Shown here in pieces: positions 1 to 10,085 of a DNA stretch of 64,000 nucleotides (position 1 is its first letter; each line of letters starts with the position of its first letter). The DNA lies in the NCBI GenBank assembly GCA_050251945.1, contig JBFWLW010000008.1:58538-122537 (forward strand), read 5' to 3'. Made by a program: the position numbers and the translations under genes. Source of the stretch: Deferribacterales bacterium (lineage in GTDB: Bacteria > Chrysiogenota > Deferribacteres > Deferribacterales > Geovibrionaceae). The notes beneath the pieces were generated by a model. The model had not been told where the DNA came from. It was given only the letters and a program-made list of their open reading frames with translations, and made no database searches.

Positions 1-333
1 ATCCGTAGGCGGTGCTATGAAACGCCACACCATAGCACCGACATCAGTTATAATGCCGTATGCCGCCAGAAGCGTAACCATGCCGAAAACAGTGTATGAA
101 ACCCAGTTTACGGCTATGAACAGCCATGCCATACCCAGCTCGCTCTTAAGACGCGGCAGAAACATTCTGTCGCCAAGAGGTGCGAGCAGTTCCAGCATAA
201 ATATCAGCACTACAACCGACCATGCAACCGCATAATGCTCTTTTGCCCATTGCCATCTGGTTATTATTCTTGAAAACGCGTAAACGTTCATTATTGCAAA
301 AATACTGATGAATATAATAAATCTAAGATTCAT
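1..333 (-). CDS. Partial CDS running off the window start; membrane N-terminus, possibly a YkuE-type metallophosphoesterase
   Basis: Manual translation from ATG at 333 (GGGAGAG upstream) gives MNLRFIIFISIFAIMNVYAF..., open to position 1 with about 3 hydrophobic helices. No catalytic domain is in the window, so the product is tentative. Confidence 0.55.
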   Translation of the reverse strand, partial: MNLRFIIFISIFAIMNVYAFSRIITRWQWAKEHYAVAWSVVVLIFMLELLAPLGDRMFLPRLKSELGMAWLFIAVNWVSYTVFGMVTLLAAYGIITDVGAMVWRFIAPPTD

Positions 334-422
334 CTCTCCCTCTCGTTAATCAATCGTTTATTTAAACCTGTGTCGTTTCTGTTCTTATTGCAAGAACATA
401 TTTAAGTTGTATACAATAACAG

Positions 423-626
423 ATGGGAAACGTTAAAGTTCATGTAATAACAGAAAAATGCAAAGGCTGCGGCGCATGTGTCACCCACTGCCCCACAGGT
501 GCAATTCTGCTTTACACTGACAAAACGAACAGAAAAGTTATAGTCATCAGAACAGAAACGTGCACCGGATGCGGAGAATGCATACCGTTCTGCCGATACG
601 GCGCGCTTATTTTTAAGGGGGAATAA
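423..626 (+). CDS. 2x[4Fe-4S] ferredoxin
   Basis: Two CxxCxxCxxxC motifs (CKGCGACVTHCP, CTGCGECIPFC). Confidence 0.9.
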   Translation: MGNVKVHVITEKCKGCGACVTHCPTGAILLYTDKTNRKVIVIRTETCTGCGECIPFCRYGALIFKGE

Positions 627-1385
627 ATGGAACATCTCGGACACGGCGAACAGAAAGAATTCTGGAACAAAAAGGCGCAGGAGTTTCCCAGATACGAAAA
701 CAGAGAGGGAAACTATGAGCTTGGCATCCTTGACCGCATACGGAAAATGGGTGTGGATTTCAAAGGCAAAACAGTCATCGACGCAGGATGCGGAACGGGC
801 ATGTATTCTCTGCACATAGCGCAGGAGGCGAAATCCGTTCTCGGAGTTGACATCTCCGACGATATGCTTCGGTTTCTGAACGAGGATGCCGCCGCAAACG
901 GCATTAAAAACATTACAACAGTGCGTTCTGACTGGAACGAATATAAACCGGACAAAACGTTCGATATCGCATTCTGCACCATGTCTCCTGCACTTCGCGC
1001 AAGTGAGGCGAGGAAAAAACTTAACGACTGTGCTACAGAGTGTGTCGTTTACATGGGGTTTGACGGACTGCGTTCCTCCGACGTGCTTGAACACCTCTGC
1101 CCTATCTTCGGCATAACCCCTAAAAACTTCTGCGACGCACACAAAATGCGCGCATGGCTTGAGGAGAACGGCATAGCGTACAAATGTGAAAACGTTGAAG
1201 GAGAGTGGAAGCACACAAAATCTCTGGAAGACCTCACCGAAAGCTCAATGAACATGCTCATGGCATACGACGTACCCATTGACAGGGAAAAGGTTAAAGC
1301 AAATCTCGAAAAATTCGGAAACGCTGACGGAACTTACACCGAAACGGTAAGATACAGAAGCGTGATAATAGTTTGGAATAAATGA
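627..1385 (+). CDS. Class I SAM-dependent methyltransferase
   Basis: Motif I VIDAGCGTG, GVDIS, FDIAF; abuts the ferredoxin stop. Confidence 0.9.
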   Translation: MEHLGHGEQKEFWNKKAQEFPRYENREGNYELGILDRIRKMGVDFKGKTVIDAGCGTGMYSLHIAQEAKSVLGVDISDDMLRFLNEDAAANGIKNITTVRSDWNEYKPDKTFDIAFCTMSPALRASEARKKLNDCATECVVYMGFDGLRSSDVLEHLCPIFGITPKNFCDAHKMRAWLEENGIAYKCENVEGEWKHTKSLEDLTESSMNMLMAYDVPIDREKVKANLEKFGNADGTYTETVRYRSVIIVWNK

Positions 1386-1628
1386 TCATCCCACTTTAAA
1401 CAGTTTGGCGACGCACTGCTCCACGTCCCTTGTACTGGAAAAAAGATTCCCGCAGCCGACGTCGCCGAACGGTTCGTAATTTTCCAGATGATCTATCAGT
1501 TCGCGGATAAGTTCCGGATCGGAATTTTTCCCTTCACAGATGAACCTGATGCTGGCAAACAGCGTGTCAGGAAGATCCTGTTCGTTTGAAGCCTTAAGAG
1601 CCGCCTGAAAAAGTTTTTCATATATCAT
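1386..1628 (-). CDS. Hypothetical protein, 80 aa
   Basis: GAGGTG RBS upstream, protein-like composition, fills the gap; YEPFGDVGCG segment. Confidence 0.7.
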   Translation of the reverse strand: MIYEKLFQAALKASNEQDLPDTLFASIRFICEGKNSDPELIRELIDHLENYEPFGDVGCGNLFSSTRDVEQCVAKLFKVG

Positions 1629-1707
1629 TTCAGCACCTCGTCTGCACTTTTGTTTATAACATTACGAAGCAGTGCCGCGCAATGCCAAAAAAACCACTTG
1701 AGAATTA

Positions 1708-1720
1708 TACCTGACAGGTA
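1708..1720. promoter_or_regulatory. Palindromic operator candidate TACCTG-A-CAGGTA upstream of the old yellow enzyme gene
   Basis: Perfect inverted repeat between TTGAGA (-35-like) and TATTGT (-10-like). Confidence 0.45.
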
Positions 1721-1758
1721 CTATTGTTAGTATATTATTTTATTATTGGAGGATGCTT

Positions 1759-2811
1759 ATGTCAGAATTATTTAAACCAGTCTCGCTGAACGGCGTCACT
1801 CTCCGCAACCGCGTGGTTATCCCGCCCATGTGTCAATACAGCGCAAATGAAGGACTCCCTAACGACTGGCACCTTGTCCATTACGGATCAATGGCAGCGG
1901 GGGGAGCAGGCGCAGTCATTATAGAAGCTACCGCAATCACTCCTGAAGGGCGCATAAGCCCCTACGACCTTGGTCTGTGGAACGATACACAGGCGGACAG
2001 GTTCGCGCGCATCTTTTCCTTTATCGAGTCACAGGGCGCAATTCCCGCCGTTCAGATAGCTCATGCGGGCAGAAAAGCCTGCACCGACAAACCATGGCTC
2101 GGCGGCAAGCCCCTTAAAGACTGGACAAACCTTTTTGCACCCAGCGCCATACCTTTCGACGAAAACTCGCAGACGCCCGCGGCTCTGACCGTTTCGCATA
2201 TACACGAACTCACTGAAAAATTTGCCGAATCAGCAATTCGCGCCGTCCGTGCCGGAGCGCAGATAGTTGAACTGCACGCCGCCCACGGCTATCTCCTGAG
2301 CGAGTTCATCTCACCCGTCTCCAATAAACGCGAGGACAAATACGGCGGCAATCTTGAAAACAGGGCGCGCTTCCTTATAGAGACTGTTAAAGCGGTGCAG
2401 TCTGCCATTGGTGCCAGCGTACCTATATCCGTTCGCATAAGCGCCACGGACTGGCTTCCCGACGGACAGCAGCCGGAAGATTCCGTTAAACTTGTTAATA
2501 TGCTGAAACCTATGGGCGTGGCTCTGATAAACGTTTCCACGGCAGGTGTGGCACCGGCAAAAATCCCAGCAGGACCCGGATTTCAGGTGCCTTTCGCAGA
2601 AAAAATAAAAAAAGAGACCGGAATGACCACTTCGGCGGTCGGACTCATCACCGAACCACAGCAAGCCGAAAACATCATTGCCGAAGGTAAAGCCGACATA
2701 GTTATGATAGGCAGAGGACATCTGCAAAACCATCAGTGGGCTATACACGCCGCAAGAGCGCTTGGAGCGGAAGCACCCATTCCGCCGCAATACCTGCGAA
2801 GTTATAGATGA
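1759..2811 (+). CDS. namA: NADH:flavin oxidoreductase / old yellow enzyme (YqjM/NamA-like)
   Basis: NRVVIPPMCQYSA, QIAHAGRKA, HAAHGYLL, D.YGG..ENR.R and a C-terminal P.QY.R. Start moved to ATG 1759 to fit the GGAGG RBS. Confidence 0.9.
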   Translation: MSELFKPVSLNGVTLRNRVVIPPMCQYSANEGLPNDWHLVHYGSMAAGGAGAVIIEATAITPEGRISPYDLGLWNDTQADRFARIFSFIESQGAIPAVQIAHAGRKACTDKPWLGGKPLKDWTNLFAPSAIPFDENSQTPAALTVSHIHELTEKFAESAIRAVRAGAQIVELHAAHGYLLSEFISPVSNKREDKYGGNLENRARFLIETVKAVQSAIGASVPISVRISATDWLPDGQQPEDSVKLVNMLKPMGVALINVSTAGVAPAKIPAGPGFQVPFAEKIKKETGMTTSAVGLITEPQQAENIIAEGKADIVMIGRGHLQNHQWAIHAARALGAEAPIPPQYLRSYR

Positions 2812-3962
2812 AACAGAGCAGAGAATTTCTTATCCTGCTGTTCGCAACGGTGATGACCATCTCGTCACTGTATGCCCCGCAGCCCGTTCAACCGATTATC
2901 GCGGAGGAATTCAGTCTGACCATGTCGCAGGCGTCACTTCTGACCACAGCCACAATGGTTCCCCTTGCAGTCGCACCCGTATTTTACGGCTACATACTGG
3001 AATCAGTGTCCGCCGGACGCGTTCTGCTGTTTTCGCTGGCGTTTCTGTCAGTCTGCCAGTTCATGTTCTTTTTCTCAAACACGTTCTATCTGCTGGTGGC
3101 TGTCCGCTTTTTGCAGGGATGCGCAATCCCCGCGGTTCTGACAGGCATCATGACCTATATTGCCGACACTTCTGAAAAAAGCAATATTCAGAAAAACATG
3201 GCGCTTTACATATCCGCAACCATTTTCGGAGGCTTTGCCGGACGTTTCTTCTCCGGCATGATAGCGCACTACGCCGGATGGCGCGTTATGTTCCTGATTT
3301 TGGGCATAAGTCTCGCTTTTGCAGTTTATCTAATCAGAACTCTGCCGGAAAACAAAACCACACTGGCAAAAATGAACCCCAGAGCTGCTGCGGATATATT
3401 ATCACAACGTCTCTTCACGATGATTTATATAATGATTTTCTTCATGTTCTTCATGTTCGCCGCTGTACTCAATTTCGTGCCTTTCCGTCTGCGCCAGATC
3501 GACCCGAACTCAGGTGAACTGGTTATCGGCATCATGTACACAGGCTATATAATGGGCATTATAATGTCGGTTAACGTCATGAAGATAATCAAATATCTCG
3601 GTTCGGAACTGCGTACCGTTTTTGCGGGGCTGACAAGCTTCGTGCTTTCGCTGGTACTGTTCGTGTCCGGCGACACGCGGCTAATGTTCCTCGGAATGTT
3701 CGTCTTCTGCGCGAGCATGTTTCTGGCACACACTGCCGCGGCTGGCTATGTGAACAAGATAGCGGACAAACACAAAGGTGTGACCAACGGGCTTTATGTT
3801 GCGTTTTACTATGCAGGCGGTGCACTGGGCTCAGTTCTGCCCGGGCTTATCTATGAAGATTTCGGCTGGCGCAGTTTTATCCTGCTTCTGGGTGTGCTTA
3901 TGACATCAGCAATACTTATGGGGCGATTTGTTCTCAGGGGTTATATGATAAAACACACATAA
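2808..3962 (+). CDS. MFS transporter (YnfM-like)
   Basis: About 12 TM helices; LYAPQP, RFLQG, GLY..FYYAG; ATGA overlap with the upstream gene. Confidence 0.85.
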   Translation: MKQSREFLILLFATVMTISSLYAPQPVQPIIAEEFSLTMSQASLLTTATMVPLAVAPVFYGYILESVSAGRVLLFSLAFLSVCQFMFFFSNTFYLLVAVRFLQGCAIPAVLTGIMTYIADTSEKSNIQKNMALYISATIFGGFAGRFFSGMIAHYAGWRVMFLILGISLAFAVYLIRTLPENKTTLAKMNPRAAADILSQRLFTMIYIMIFFMFFMFAAVLNFVPFRLRQIDPNSGELVIGIMYTGYIMGIIMSVNVMKIIKYLGSELRTVFAGLTSFVLSLVLFVSGDTRLMFLGMFVFCASMFLAHTAAAGYVNKIADKHKGVTNGLYVAFYYAGGALGSVLPGLIYEDFGWRSFILLLGVLMTSAILMGRFVLRGYMIKHT

Positions 3963-3968
3963 TACGCC

Positions 3969-3997
3969 TTGAATTTACACAGCATAATGTGTAACTT
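3969..3997 (+). promoter_or_regulatory. vapBC promoter with autoregulatory palindrome
   Basis: TTGAAT-17-TAACTT with TTACACA-N6-TGTGTAA (3975-3994) across the spacer. Confidence 0.6.
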
Positions 3998-4014
3998 AGT
4001 TTATGGAGGCTGTT

Positions 4015-4215
4015 ATGGCTACAAATCTTGCGATAGACGACGAACTCCTTAAAGAAGCACAGCAGATAAGCGGTTTAAAAACTAAAAAGGATACTGTTAA
4101 TACTGCGCTGAAAGAGTTCATAACTAAAAGAAAACAGGAAGAGATCATTGATCTTTTCGGAACAGTGGATTACGACGACGATTATGATTACAAAAAGCTG
4201 AGAAATCGCGGATGA
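4015..4215 (+). CDS. vapB: VapB-family antitoxin
   Basis: MATNLAIDDELL..A..ISGLKTKKDTVN.AL signature; GGAGG RBS; ATGA overlap with the PIN gene. Confidence 0.88.
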   Translation: MATNLAIDDELLKEAQQISGLKTKKDTVNTALKEFITKRKQEEIIDLFGTVDYDDDYDYKKLRNRG

Positions 4216-4613
4216 AAGTTCTGATAGATACTTCCGTCTGGTCACTCGCCCTGCGCAAACACGCAAATACGGAAAGTGATATTAAAACCGTATCCCGTCT
4301 CACCGATCTGGTCAGGGATTCCCGTGCCGCAATCATCGGAGCGGTACGTCAGGAGCTTCTCTCCGGTATATCTTCAGGTGGAAAATTTAAACTTTTAAAA
4401 GAAAAGATGCGTGCCTTTGAAGACCTTTCCATAAACACTGATATCTATGAACTCGCCGCTGAATTTTCCAATAAATGCCGAACAGGCGGTATTCAGGGTT
4501 CACACACCGACTTTCTGATATGTGCTGTTGCCGCACATTACGACATTCCGGTCTTCACACTGGACAAAGATTTTGAAAACTACAAAAGCTGCATAGATTT
4601 GAAATTGTATTGA
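4212..4613 (+). CDS. vapC: VapC PIN-domain toxin
   Basis: LIDTSVW, QELL, DFLI, TLDKDF acidic PIN residues. Confidence 0.9.
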   Translation: MKVLIDTSVWSLALRKHANTESDIKTVSRLTDLVRDSRAAIIGAVRQELLSGISSGGKFKLLKEKMRAFEDLSINTDIYELAAEFSNKCRTGGIQGSHTDFLICAVAAHYDIPVFTLDKDFENYKSCIDLKLY

Positions 4614-4618
4614 AATGA

Positions 4619-4642
4619 GACTGCCCCCGAAAGGAGGCAGCC
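4619..4642. terminator. Hairpin between convergent vapC and ccmD
   Basis: CTGCCCCC-GAAA-GGAGGCAG stem with a GNRA loop and one mismatch. Confidence 0.55.
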
Positions 4643-4653
4643 GTATTAATAAG

Positions 4654-4782
4654 TTATTTGTTCTCCAGAGATTCAACCCTTGTTTCAAGGTTGTTCAGAC
4701 GTGAACCGAGGCTGAAAAAATATGCCCCGAGAAGCACGAAGATAACTGTATAACCTGCGAAAAGATATCCGAAATTAGCCAT
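4654..4782 (-). CDS. ccmD: CcmD heme exporter small subunit, 42 aa (not in ORF track)
   Basis: MANFGYLFAGYTVIFVLLGAYFFSLGSRLNNLETRVESLENK: one TM helix plus a charged tail. ATG overlaps the end of ccmC, with a GGAG RBS. Confidence 0.85.
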   Translation of the reverse strand: MANFGYLFAGYTVIFVLLGAYFFSLGSRLNNLETRVESLENK

Positions 4783-5443
4783 TGTTCTCTCCTAAAGCAT
4801 CAATTTTTCTTGAGAGTGACGCAATGCGCACTCTTTTCAGCATCATAGCGACATAAAGCACGGAAAATGCGAGGATAGCGAAAAGCATCGCTTTCAGCAT
4901 GTCCGGATGCAGACCGCCGCCGCCCTTCTGTACCACGTTGGGGTGGATTGTTCTCCACCAGCGGATTGAAAAGAAGACTATCGGTACGTCGATGAAACCG
5001 ATAATACCTATCGCCGCCGCAAACTTGGCGCGTTTGTCCGCCTCTTCGATGAACTTGCGAAGCATAATGTAACCCGCATAAATGAACCACAGTATGGTCG
5101 TTGTCGTAAGACGCGGATCCCATGTCCACCACACTCCCCAGATGGGTCTTGCCCAGATGGGTCCTGTGATAAGCACTATCGTACAGAACATAATGCCTAT
5201 CTCTGCGGAGCTTTCAGCTATGTCGTCAAACAGGAAATTCTGTTTGGCAAGAAACAGGATGCTGAAAACGAACGTCACAAAGAAAGCGAAAAAAGCTATC
5301 CATGCGGACGCAACGTGGAAATAGAAAATCTTCTGCACGGCGCCCATCACCCTCTCAAGGGGTGCAAACATGAATGCCATGTAAAGCGCCGCTATGATAA
5401 ACAGTATCGCGGCGATATCCAGAAACTTTTGTAACTTCTTCAT
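4775..5443 (-). CDS. ccmC: CcmC heme exporter
   Basis: WWD motif WARPIWGVWWTWDPRLT, with conserved His in YFHV and RTIHP. Confidence 0.95.
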   Translation of the reverse strand: MKKLQKFLDIAAILFIIAALYMAFMFAPLERVMGAVQKIFYFHVASAWIAFFAFFVTFVFSILFLAKQNFLFDDIAESSAEIGIMFCTIVLITGPIWARPIWGVWWTWDPRLTTTTILWFIYAGYIMLRKFIEEADKRAKFAAAIGIIGFIDVPIVFFSIRWWRTIHPNVVQKGGGGLHPDMLKAMLFAILAFSVLYVAMMLKRVRIASLSRKIDALGENNG

Positions 5444-5444
5444 A

Positions 5445-6122
5445 TCAATCCTCTACAATGAAATCGAAAACAGCAAAGACCACTACCGTAAAGATAGCAT
5501 CAAAAGCCGCAAGAAGCTGCAGCCATTTTGACGCATCCGCCGGATCGTGTCCCAGAATATATATATTCAGCGCCTGAACGGACGACAGAATTATCGGAAC
5601 GATAACAGGCAGAAGCAGAAGAGGAAGCATGACCTCCCTTGTTCTGGTGTTTACGGAAATGATGGAAAACAATGTGCCGAGTATGGCAAAACCATAGGTG
5701 CCTAAAAAGAAAATCACAACCGGCATAGCGCCGTATGCGAAGATGTTTACGTTATAAAGAACCATGAACAGCGGAATGGTGAATATTTCCACCATCGCTA
5801 TAAAGATGAAATTGCTGACAGCCTTGCCGAAAAATATGGCACTGCGGTCAACGGGAGCCAGAAGCAGAGCGGAAAAGTTGCCGCCTGTAACTTCGCTCAT
5901 CATTGATTTGTTAAGTCCCAGAATCCCCGCGAAGACGAAAGACATCCAGAGGATGCCGCCGACGACTTCGTTTTTGAACTGGGAGCCGGGTTCAAAGATA
6001 AAACTGAAAACAACCACCGTAAGCACGGAGAAAAGGAGCATGGAAACCACTATTTCTCTGGATTTCAGCTCGTGCAGAACGTCTTTGCGGACGATGGCGG
6101 ATATTGTATTGAGATACTTCAT
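5445..6122 (-). CDS. ccmB: CcmB heme exporter permease
   Basis: 6 TM helices, REVMLPLLLLP; sits between ccmA and ccmC. Confidence 0.92.
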   Translation of the reverse strand: MKYLNTISAIVRKDVLHELKSREIVVSMLLFSVLTVVVFSFIFEPGSQFKNEVVGGILWMSFVFAGILGLNKSMMSEVTGGNFSALLLAPVDRSAIFFGKAVSNFIFIAMVEIFTIPLFMVLYNVNIFAYGAMPVVIFFLGTYGFAILGTLFSIISVNTRTREVMLPLLLLPVIVPIILSSVQALNIYILGHDPADASKWLQLLAAFDAIFTVVVFAVFDFIVED

Positions 6123-6829
6123 CTGCTCACCGCCTCTATGTAGCGCTCATCGAATTCCTGAACGCTTATTCTCGCCTTTTCCTCGTTGAAAACAAGCCGA
6201 CCGCCCTTGATTATGGCAAGTCTGGAAGCCGCGTCATAGCCCTGTTTCATGTTGTGGGTCACCATGACGATGGTCTTCTGTTCGCCGAAAAGCTCCATGA
6301 GGATACGTGTGAGGATATCGGAGGCGTGTGTATCAAGTCCGGTGTACGGCTCGTCAAGAACCACTATCTCCGGATCGTGCAGGAGCGCTCTTGTTATTGA
6401 AAGGCGCTGGAGCATGCCGCGGGAATAACCGCGAACCTTGTCGTTTCTGCGTTTATAAAGCTCAACCTTGTCCAGAAGCAGCTTTATGCGTTCATCTATG
6501 TTCTGTACGTCGTACATTCTTGCATAGAAACGCAGATTTTCAAGCGCCGTCAGTTCGCTGTAAAGGAACGGAAGGTGCGAGATAACGCCGAAACGGCTGC
6601 GGAAGCTGTCCTGTAATTTGTTGAGGGGTGTATTCTCGTATAGAATCTGTCCGCTTGTGGGCGGAGTCATGGTGCAGAGGAGTTTCAGAAAGGTGGATTT
6701 ACCCGCGCCGTTGGGTCCGAAAACGCTGACAAATTCGCCTTTATTAAGGGAAACGGACACATCCCGCAGTGCGTGGATGTGTCCGTATTTTTTATTTACT
6801 TTCTTAAACTCTACGAGAGTTTCAGACAT
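6119..6829 (-). CDS. ccmA: CcmA ABC ATPase
   Basis: Walker A GPNGAGKS, YSRGMLQR signature, LDEPYTGLD; operon context. Confidence 0.92.
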   Translation of the reverse strand: MSETLVEFKKVNKKYGHIHALRDVSVSLNKGEFVSVFGPNGAGKSTFLKLLCTMTPPTSGQILYENTPLNKLQDSFRSRFGVISHLPFLYSELTALENLRFYARMYDVQNIDERIKLLLDKVELYKRRNDKVRGYSRGMLQRLSITRALLHDPEIVVLDEPYTGLDTHASDILTRILMELFGEQKTIVMVTHNMKQGYDAASRLAIIKGGRLVFNEEKARISVQEFDERYIEAVSR

Positions 6830-8738
6830 TCTTCTTTTTCCTGCCCGAAATGCTGTAAAGTCCGCCGAGAACCATCACAACACAGCCTATCCATATCCAT
6901 GTGATAAACGGCTGGAAAACTGCCTGAATTCCGACGTAGTTTTCAACCTTTGAATAGCTGGCGAGTATCAGATAAAGGTCACCGTGAAGTTTTGAGCTGA
7001 TGGCAACCTCTGCGAAAGCCTGCTCGTTCTTCTCATAAAAGCGTCTTTCAGGTGCAAGCGTCATAAGCTCTTTACCGTTTTTGTAAACGGTCACGGGTGC
7101 ATACACGGAAACGTAGTTCTGCATCTCGTTGGCGTTGAGCTGACCCACCTGAAGGGTGTATCCGCTGAACTCGAATTTTTCACCGGGTGCAACGGTAACG
7201 TCTTTCTTATCGTTATAGAAGGATGAAGCCACGATGCCGTATGCCATCATTACCACGCCTATGTGGACGATAAGACCGCCGTAATACCTTCTGTTTGAAA
7301 GTAGAACCTTTGCTCCGCCTTTCTTGACAGTAGTGAACACTGACACGAGGATGGAAACCAGTGAAAACGTGGTGAATCCCAGCAGAAGCACCGGAAGCAC
7401 CTGTTTATGTCCTGTGGCAACAAGAGCCGCCATAGCCGCTATCATAGCGACTGTTGAGGGCGCGAGCTTTTTGAGAAGCTCTTTTCTGTCCATCTTTCCG
7501 TAGTGCAGAAGCGGAGCAATACCGCCGGCAAGCAGGATAAGAACAAAGAAAGGTGCGGAAACCCTGTTGAAATAAGGGATACCAACAGTGATCTTATCGG
7601 GCATAACCAGACCGGAGATGATGGGCATCATGGTTCCGACTGCGATGACTATGGTGAGTCCGAGGAACAGCCAGTTCGCAAGGAAGAACATTCCGTCTCT
7701 TGAAAAGAAGGTGAAATGATGCTCCTCTTTGTCTGAAAGTTCTTTCAGCATCGGAAACAGATATTTAAGGAATATAGCCGTTGTTATTGTTATAAACGCA
7801 AGGAAGAAATATCCCAGCGAAGATTTAGCAAATGAGTGTACGGAATCCAGAACACCGCTTCTTGTGATGAACGTTCCGAACAGGCAGAGCTGGAAAGAGA
7901 TGAGCGCAAGCATATGCGTCCATATTTTCAGTTTGCCGCGTCTTTCGTATACCATAGCAGAGTGAAGCAGAGCCGTTGATGTTATCCACGGGAGCAGAGA
8001 TGCGTTTTCAACCGGATCCCATGCCCAATAGCCGCCCCAGCCAAGCTCAACGTATGCCCATTCGCCGCCGAGGATGATACCGATGGTAAGGAATATCCAT
8101 GTGATAACTGTCCATTTGCGTGTATCAATAGCCCAGTTTGCAGACGAGTCTTTATTAACAAGCGCCGCAAAAGCGTGTCCGACGGTTATTGTGTAACCCA
8201 CATAACCGAGGAAAAGGGTGGGCGGGTGATACAGCATGCCCGGGTTTTGCAGCAGAGGGTTCATACCCATACCGTCGGCTGGGAAGAAATCCAGTTCCGC
8301 AAAGGGGTTTGTAACAAAAATGGTGAGTATCAGGAAAAAGGTGGATGTCAGAGCTGAAACCGCAAGAACTGCCGCTCTGTATTTTGTGTCATAGTTTCTC
8401 GTACGGAATATTTCTATGACAGCAAAAACAGCAACAAGCCAGCCCCAGAAGAGGAGCGAACCCGCCTGTCCTGCCCACCAGCCGCTTATTTTGTAAACAA
8501 AAGGAAGTTTCGAGTCCGTGTACTGCGCGACGTATTCCATTTTGAAATAGCCTGTCGCCAGCGCATAGACCAGAACGCAGGATGCCAGTGAAAAGGCAAC
8601 CAGCTGACCGATCATTATTGTGTCCGCAAGCTTTGCCGTGGACTTGTTTTGGGTCTGCATGGCGTAAACATACATTACGAAGGCAGCAAAGCCTGAAAGC
8701 AGACCGAGAATCTGAAATAAATTACCTAACTGTCCCAT
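6822..8738 (-). CDS. ccmF: CcmF heme lyase
   Basis: WAGQAGSLL, GMNPLLQ, HPP, WAYVELGWGGYWAWDPVENAS, SVHSF. Confidence 0.95.
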   Translation of the reverse strand: MGQLGNLFQILGLLSGFAAFVMYVYAMQTQNKSTAKLADTIMIGQLVAFSLASCVLVYALATGYFKMEYVAQYTDSKLPFVYKISGWWAGQAGSLLFWGWLVAVFAVIEIFRTRNYDTKYRAAVLAVSALTSTFFLILTIFVTNPFAELDFFPADGMGMNPLLQNPGMLYHPPTLFLGYVGYTITVGHAFAALVNKDSSANWAIDTRKWTVITWIFLTIGIILGGEWAYVELGWGGYWAWDPVENASLLPWITSTALLHSAMVYERRGKLKIWTHMLALISFQLCLFGTFITRSGVLDSVHSFAKSSLGYFFLAFITITTAIFLKYLFPMLKELSDKEEHHFTFFSRDGMFFLANWLFLGLTIVIAVGTMMPIISGLVMPDKITVGIPYFNRVSAPFFVLILLAGGIAPLLHYGKMDRKELLKKLAPSTVAMIAAMAALVATGHKQVLPVLLLGFTTFSLVSILVSVFTTVKKGGAKVLLSNRRYYGGLIVHIGVVMMAYGIVASSFYNDKKDVTVAPGEKFEFSGYTLQVGQLNANEMQNYVSVYAPVTVYKNGKELMTLAPERRFYEKNEQAFAEVAISSKLHGDLYLILASYSKVENYVGIQAVFQPFITWIWIGCVVMVLGGLYSISGRKKKNV

Positions 8739-8844
8739 AATTCTCCCTTATAAATTTGAATAAAGCACGCCCTTATCTTTCAAACGGGCATATGCAAACA
8801 ATAAAAATTATCGCCCGCATAGCAGTCTAAACAGAGACAGGTGA

Positions 8845-9258
8845 TTATGATTTTTGTTCAACATCCGCTTCATATTTTGACGGACATTTTGTCAAAACTG
8901 TGGCGGCGTTGAAAACCTGTTTTTCAGGGTCATATTTTCCTTCAACAATAACGTGGATGTCCTCTTTAAAGGTGTCGGGGATGATCCCGTGGTATTCCAC
9001 TTTCATTGTGTCAGGTTTTCCTTGTATATCCTGAATTGTGAAAAGAAGATACTGATTTTTATAATCCTGTGTTATGGTACCGGGCAAAACGTTTCCTGTA
9101 ATTCTCATTCCCTTTGTGTTATATTTCTCAGGGTTATGAGTGACTTCGTGAACTTCAAGATAGTAAACGCTCTCCTGCTTAAAACTGGACATGAACAGCC
9201 AGCCGACAACACCGACGAACACGACCCCGGCAAGAATAAACTTATACGATTTCTTCAT
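8845..9258 (-). CDS. ccmE: CcmE heme chaperone, CxxxY variant
   Basis: N-terminal TM helix, PDTFKE, C-terminal KCPSKY. Confidence 0.92.
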   Translation of the reverse strand: MKKSYKFILAGVVFVGVVGWLFMSSFKQESVYYLEVHEVTHNPEKYNTKGMRITGNVLPGTITQDYKNQYLLFTIQDIQGKPDTMKVEYHGIIPDTFKEDIHVIVEGKYDPEKQVFNAATVLTKCPSKYEADVEQKS

Positions 9259-9344
9259 TATGACCTCTTTCTGCTTTTATAAAGCTTAGACTATGATGTT
9301 AAAAAAAAGTTGCATAATCAAGTAGAAATTTGTAAATATTGTAT

Positions 9345-10085
9345 ATGGACAATGTTTCTTTTTATACTGCGTTCCTTGCGGGCGTACTTTCCTTTTTGTC
9401 ACCATGCGTTTTGCCTCTTCTCCCCGGATATCTCTCTTTTATGTCCGGCGAATCCATAGAGACCCTCACATCCGGCGATAAAAAGACGGCAAGACTAAAA
9501 GTCTTTCTTGGCGCTGTGTTTTTTGGTTTGGGTTTCATGCTGGTGTTCATACTTCTCGGCGCGGGCGCGACCAAAATAGGCATGTTTTTAAAAGAGTATA
9601 AGCTCATAATCGGAAGAGTTGCGGGTGTGGTTATCATCATACTCGGTCTGCACATGACAGGTATCTTCCGTATTAATAAACTCATGATGCACAAAAAATG
9701 GCACTACAGTTCAAAAAAGGGCGCGCCTTTTTTTGTTAACGCGTTTCTTCTGGGCGTGGCGTTCGTTTTCGGCTGGACACCCTGCATAGGTCCCATCCTT
9801 GCGGGCATCCTGTCACTCGCTGCGGCGAAAGAGACCGTTTCCAGCGGCATCATGCTTCTCGCTGTGTTCGGGTTCGGGCTTTGGATACCATTTCTGCTTT
9901 CGGCTATGGCTGTGGGCTTTGTCTTCTCCACCGTGAGAAAGGCTGGTAAACTTGTCATGGCTGTGGAAAAGATATCCGGCGCACTGCTTATCATCATCGG
10001 CGTTCTGATGGTGACTGACAGCATGCAGACTGTAAGCATCTTCCTTTTCAGGGTATTCCCTGCGCTGGGCAATATAAACTACTGA
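9345..10085 (+). CDS. ccdA: CcdA/DsbD-type cytochrome c biogenesis thiol-disulfide transporter
   Basis: SFLSPCVLP and GWTPCIGP motifs. Confidence 0.92.
   Translation: MDNVSFYTAFLAGVLSFLSPCVLPLLPGYLSFMSGESIETLTSGDKKTARLKVFLGAVFFGLGFMLVFILLGAGATKIGMFLKEYKLIIGRVAGVVIIILGLHMTGIFRINKLMMHKKWHYSSKKGAPFFVNAFLLGVAFVFGWTPCIGPILAGILSLAAAKETVSSGIMLLAVFGFGLWIPFLLSAMAVGFVFSTVRKAGKLVMAVEKISGALLIIIGVLMVTDSMQTVSIFLFRVFPALGNINY

Noticed and set aside
402..1214. 270-aa minus-strand ORF
   Set aside because: Antisense to the ferredoxin and methyltransferase, both of which have clear motifs.
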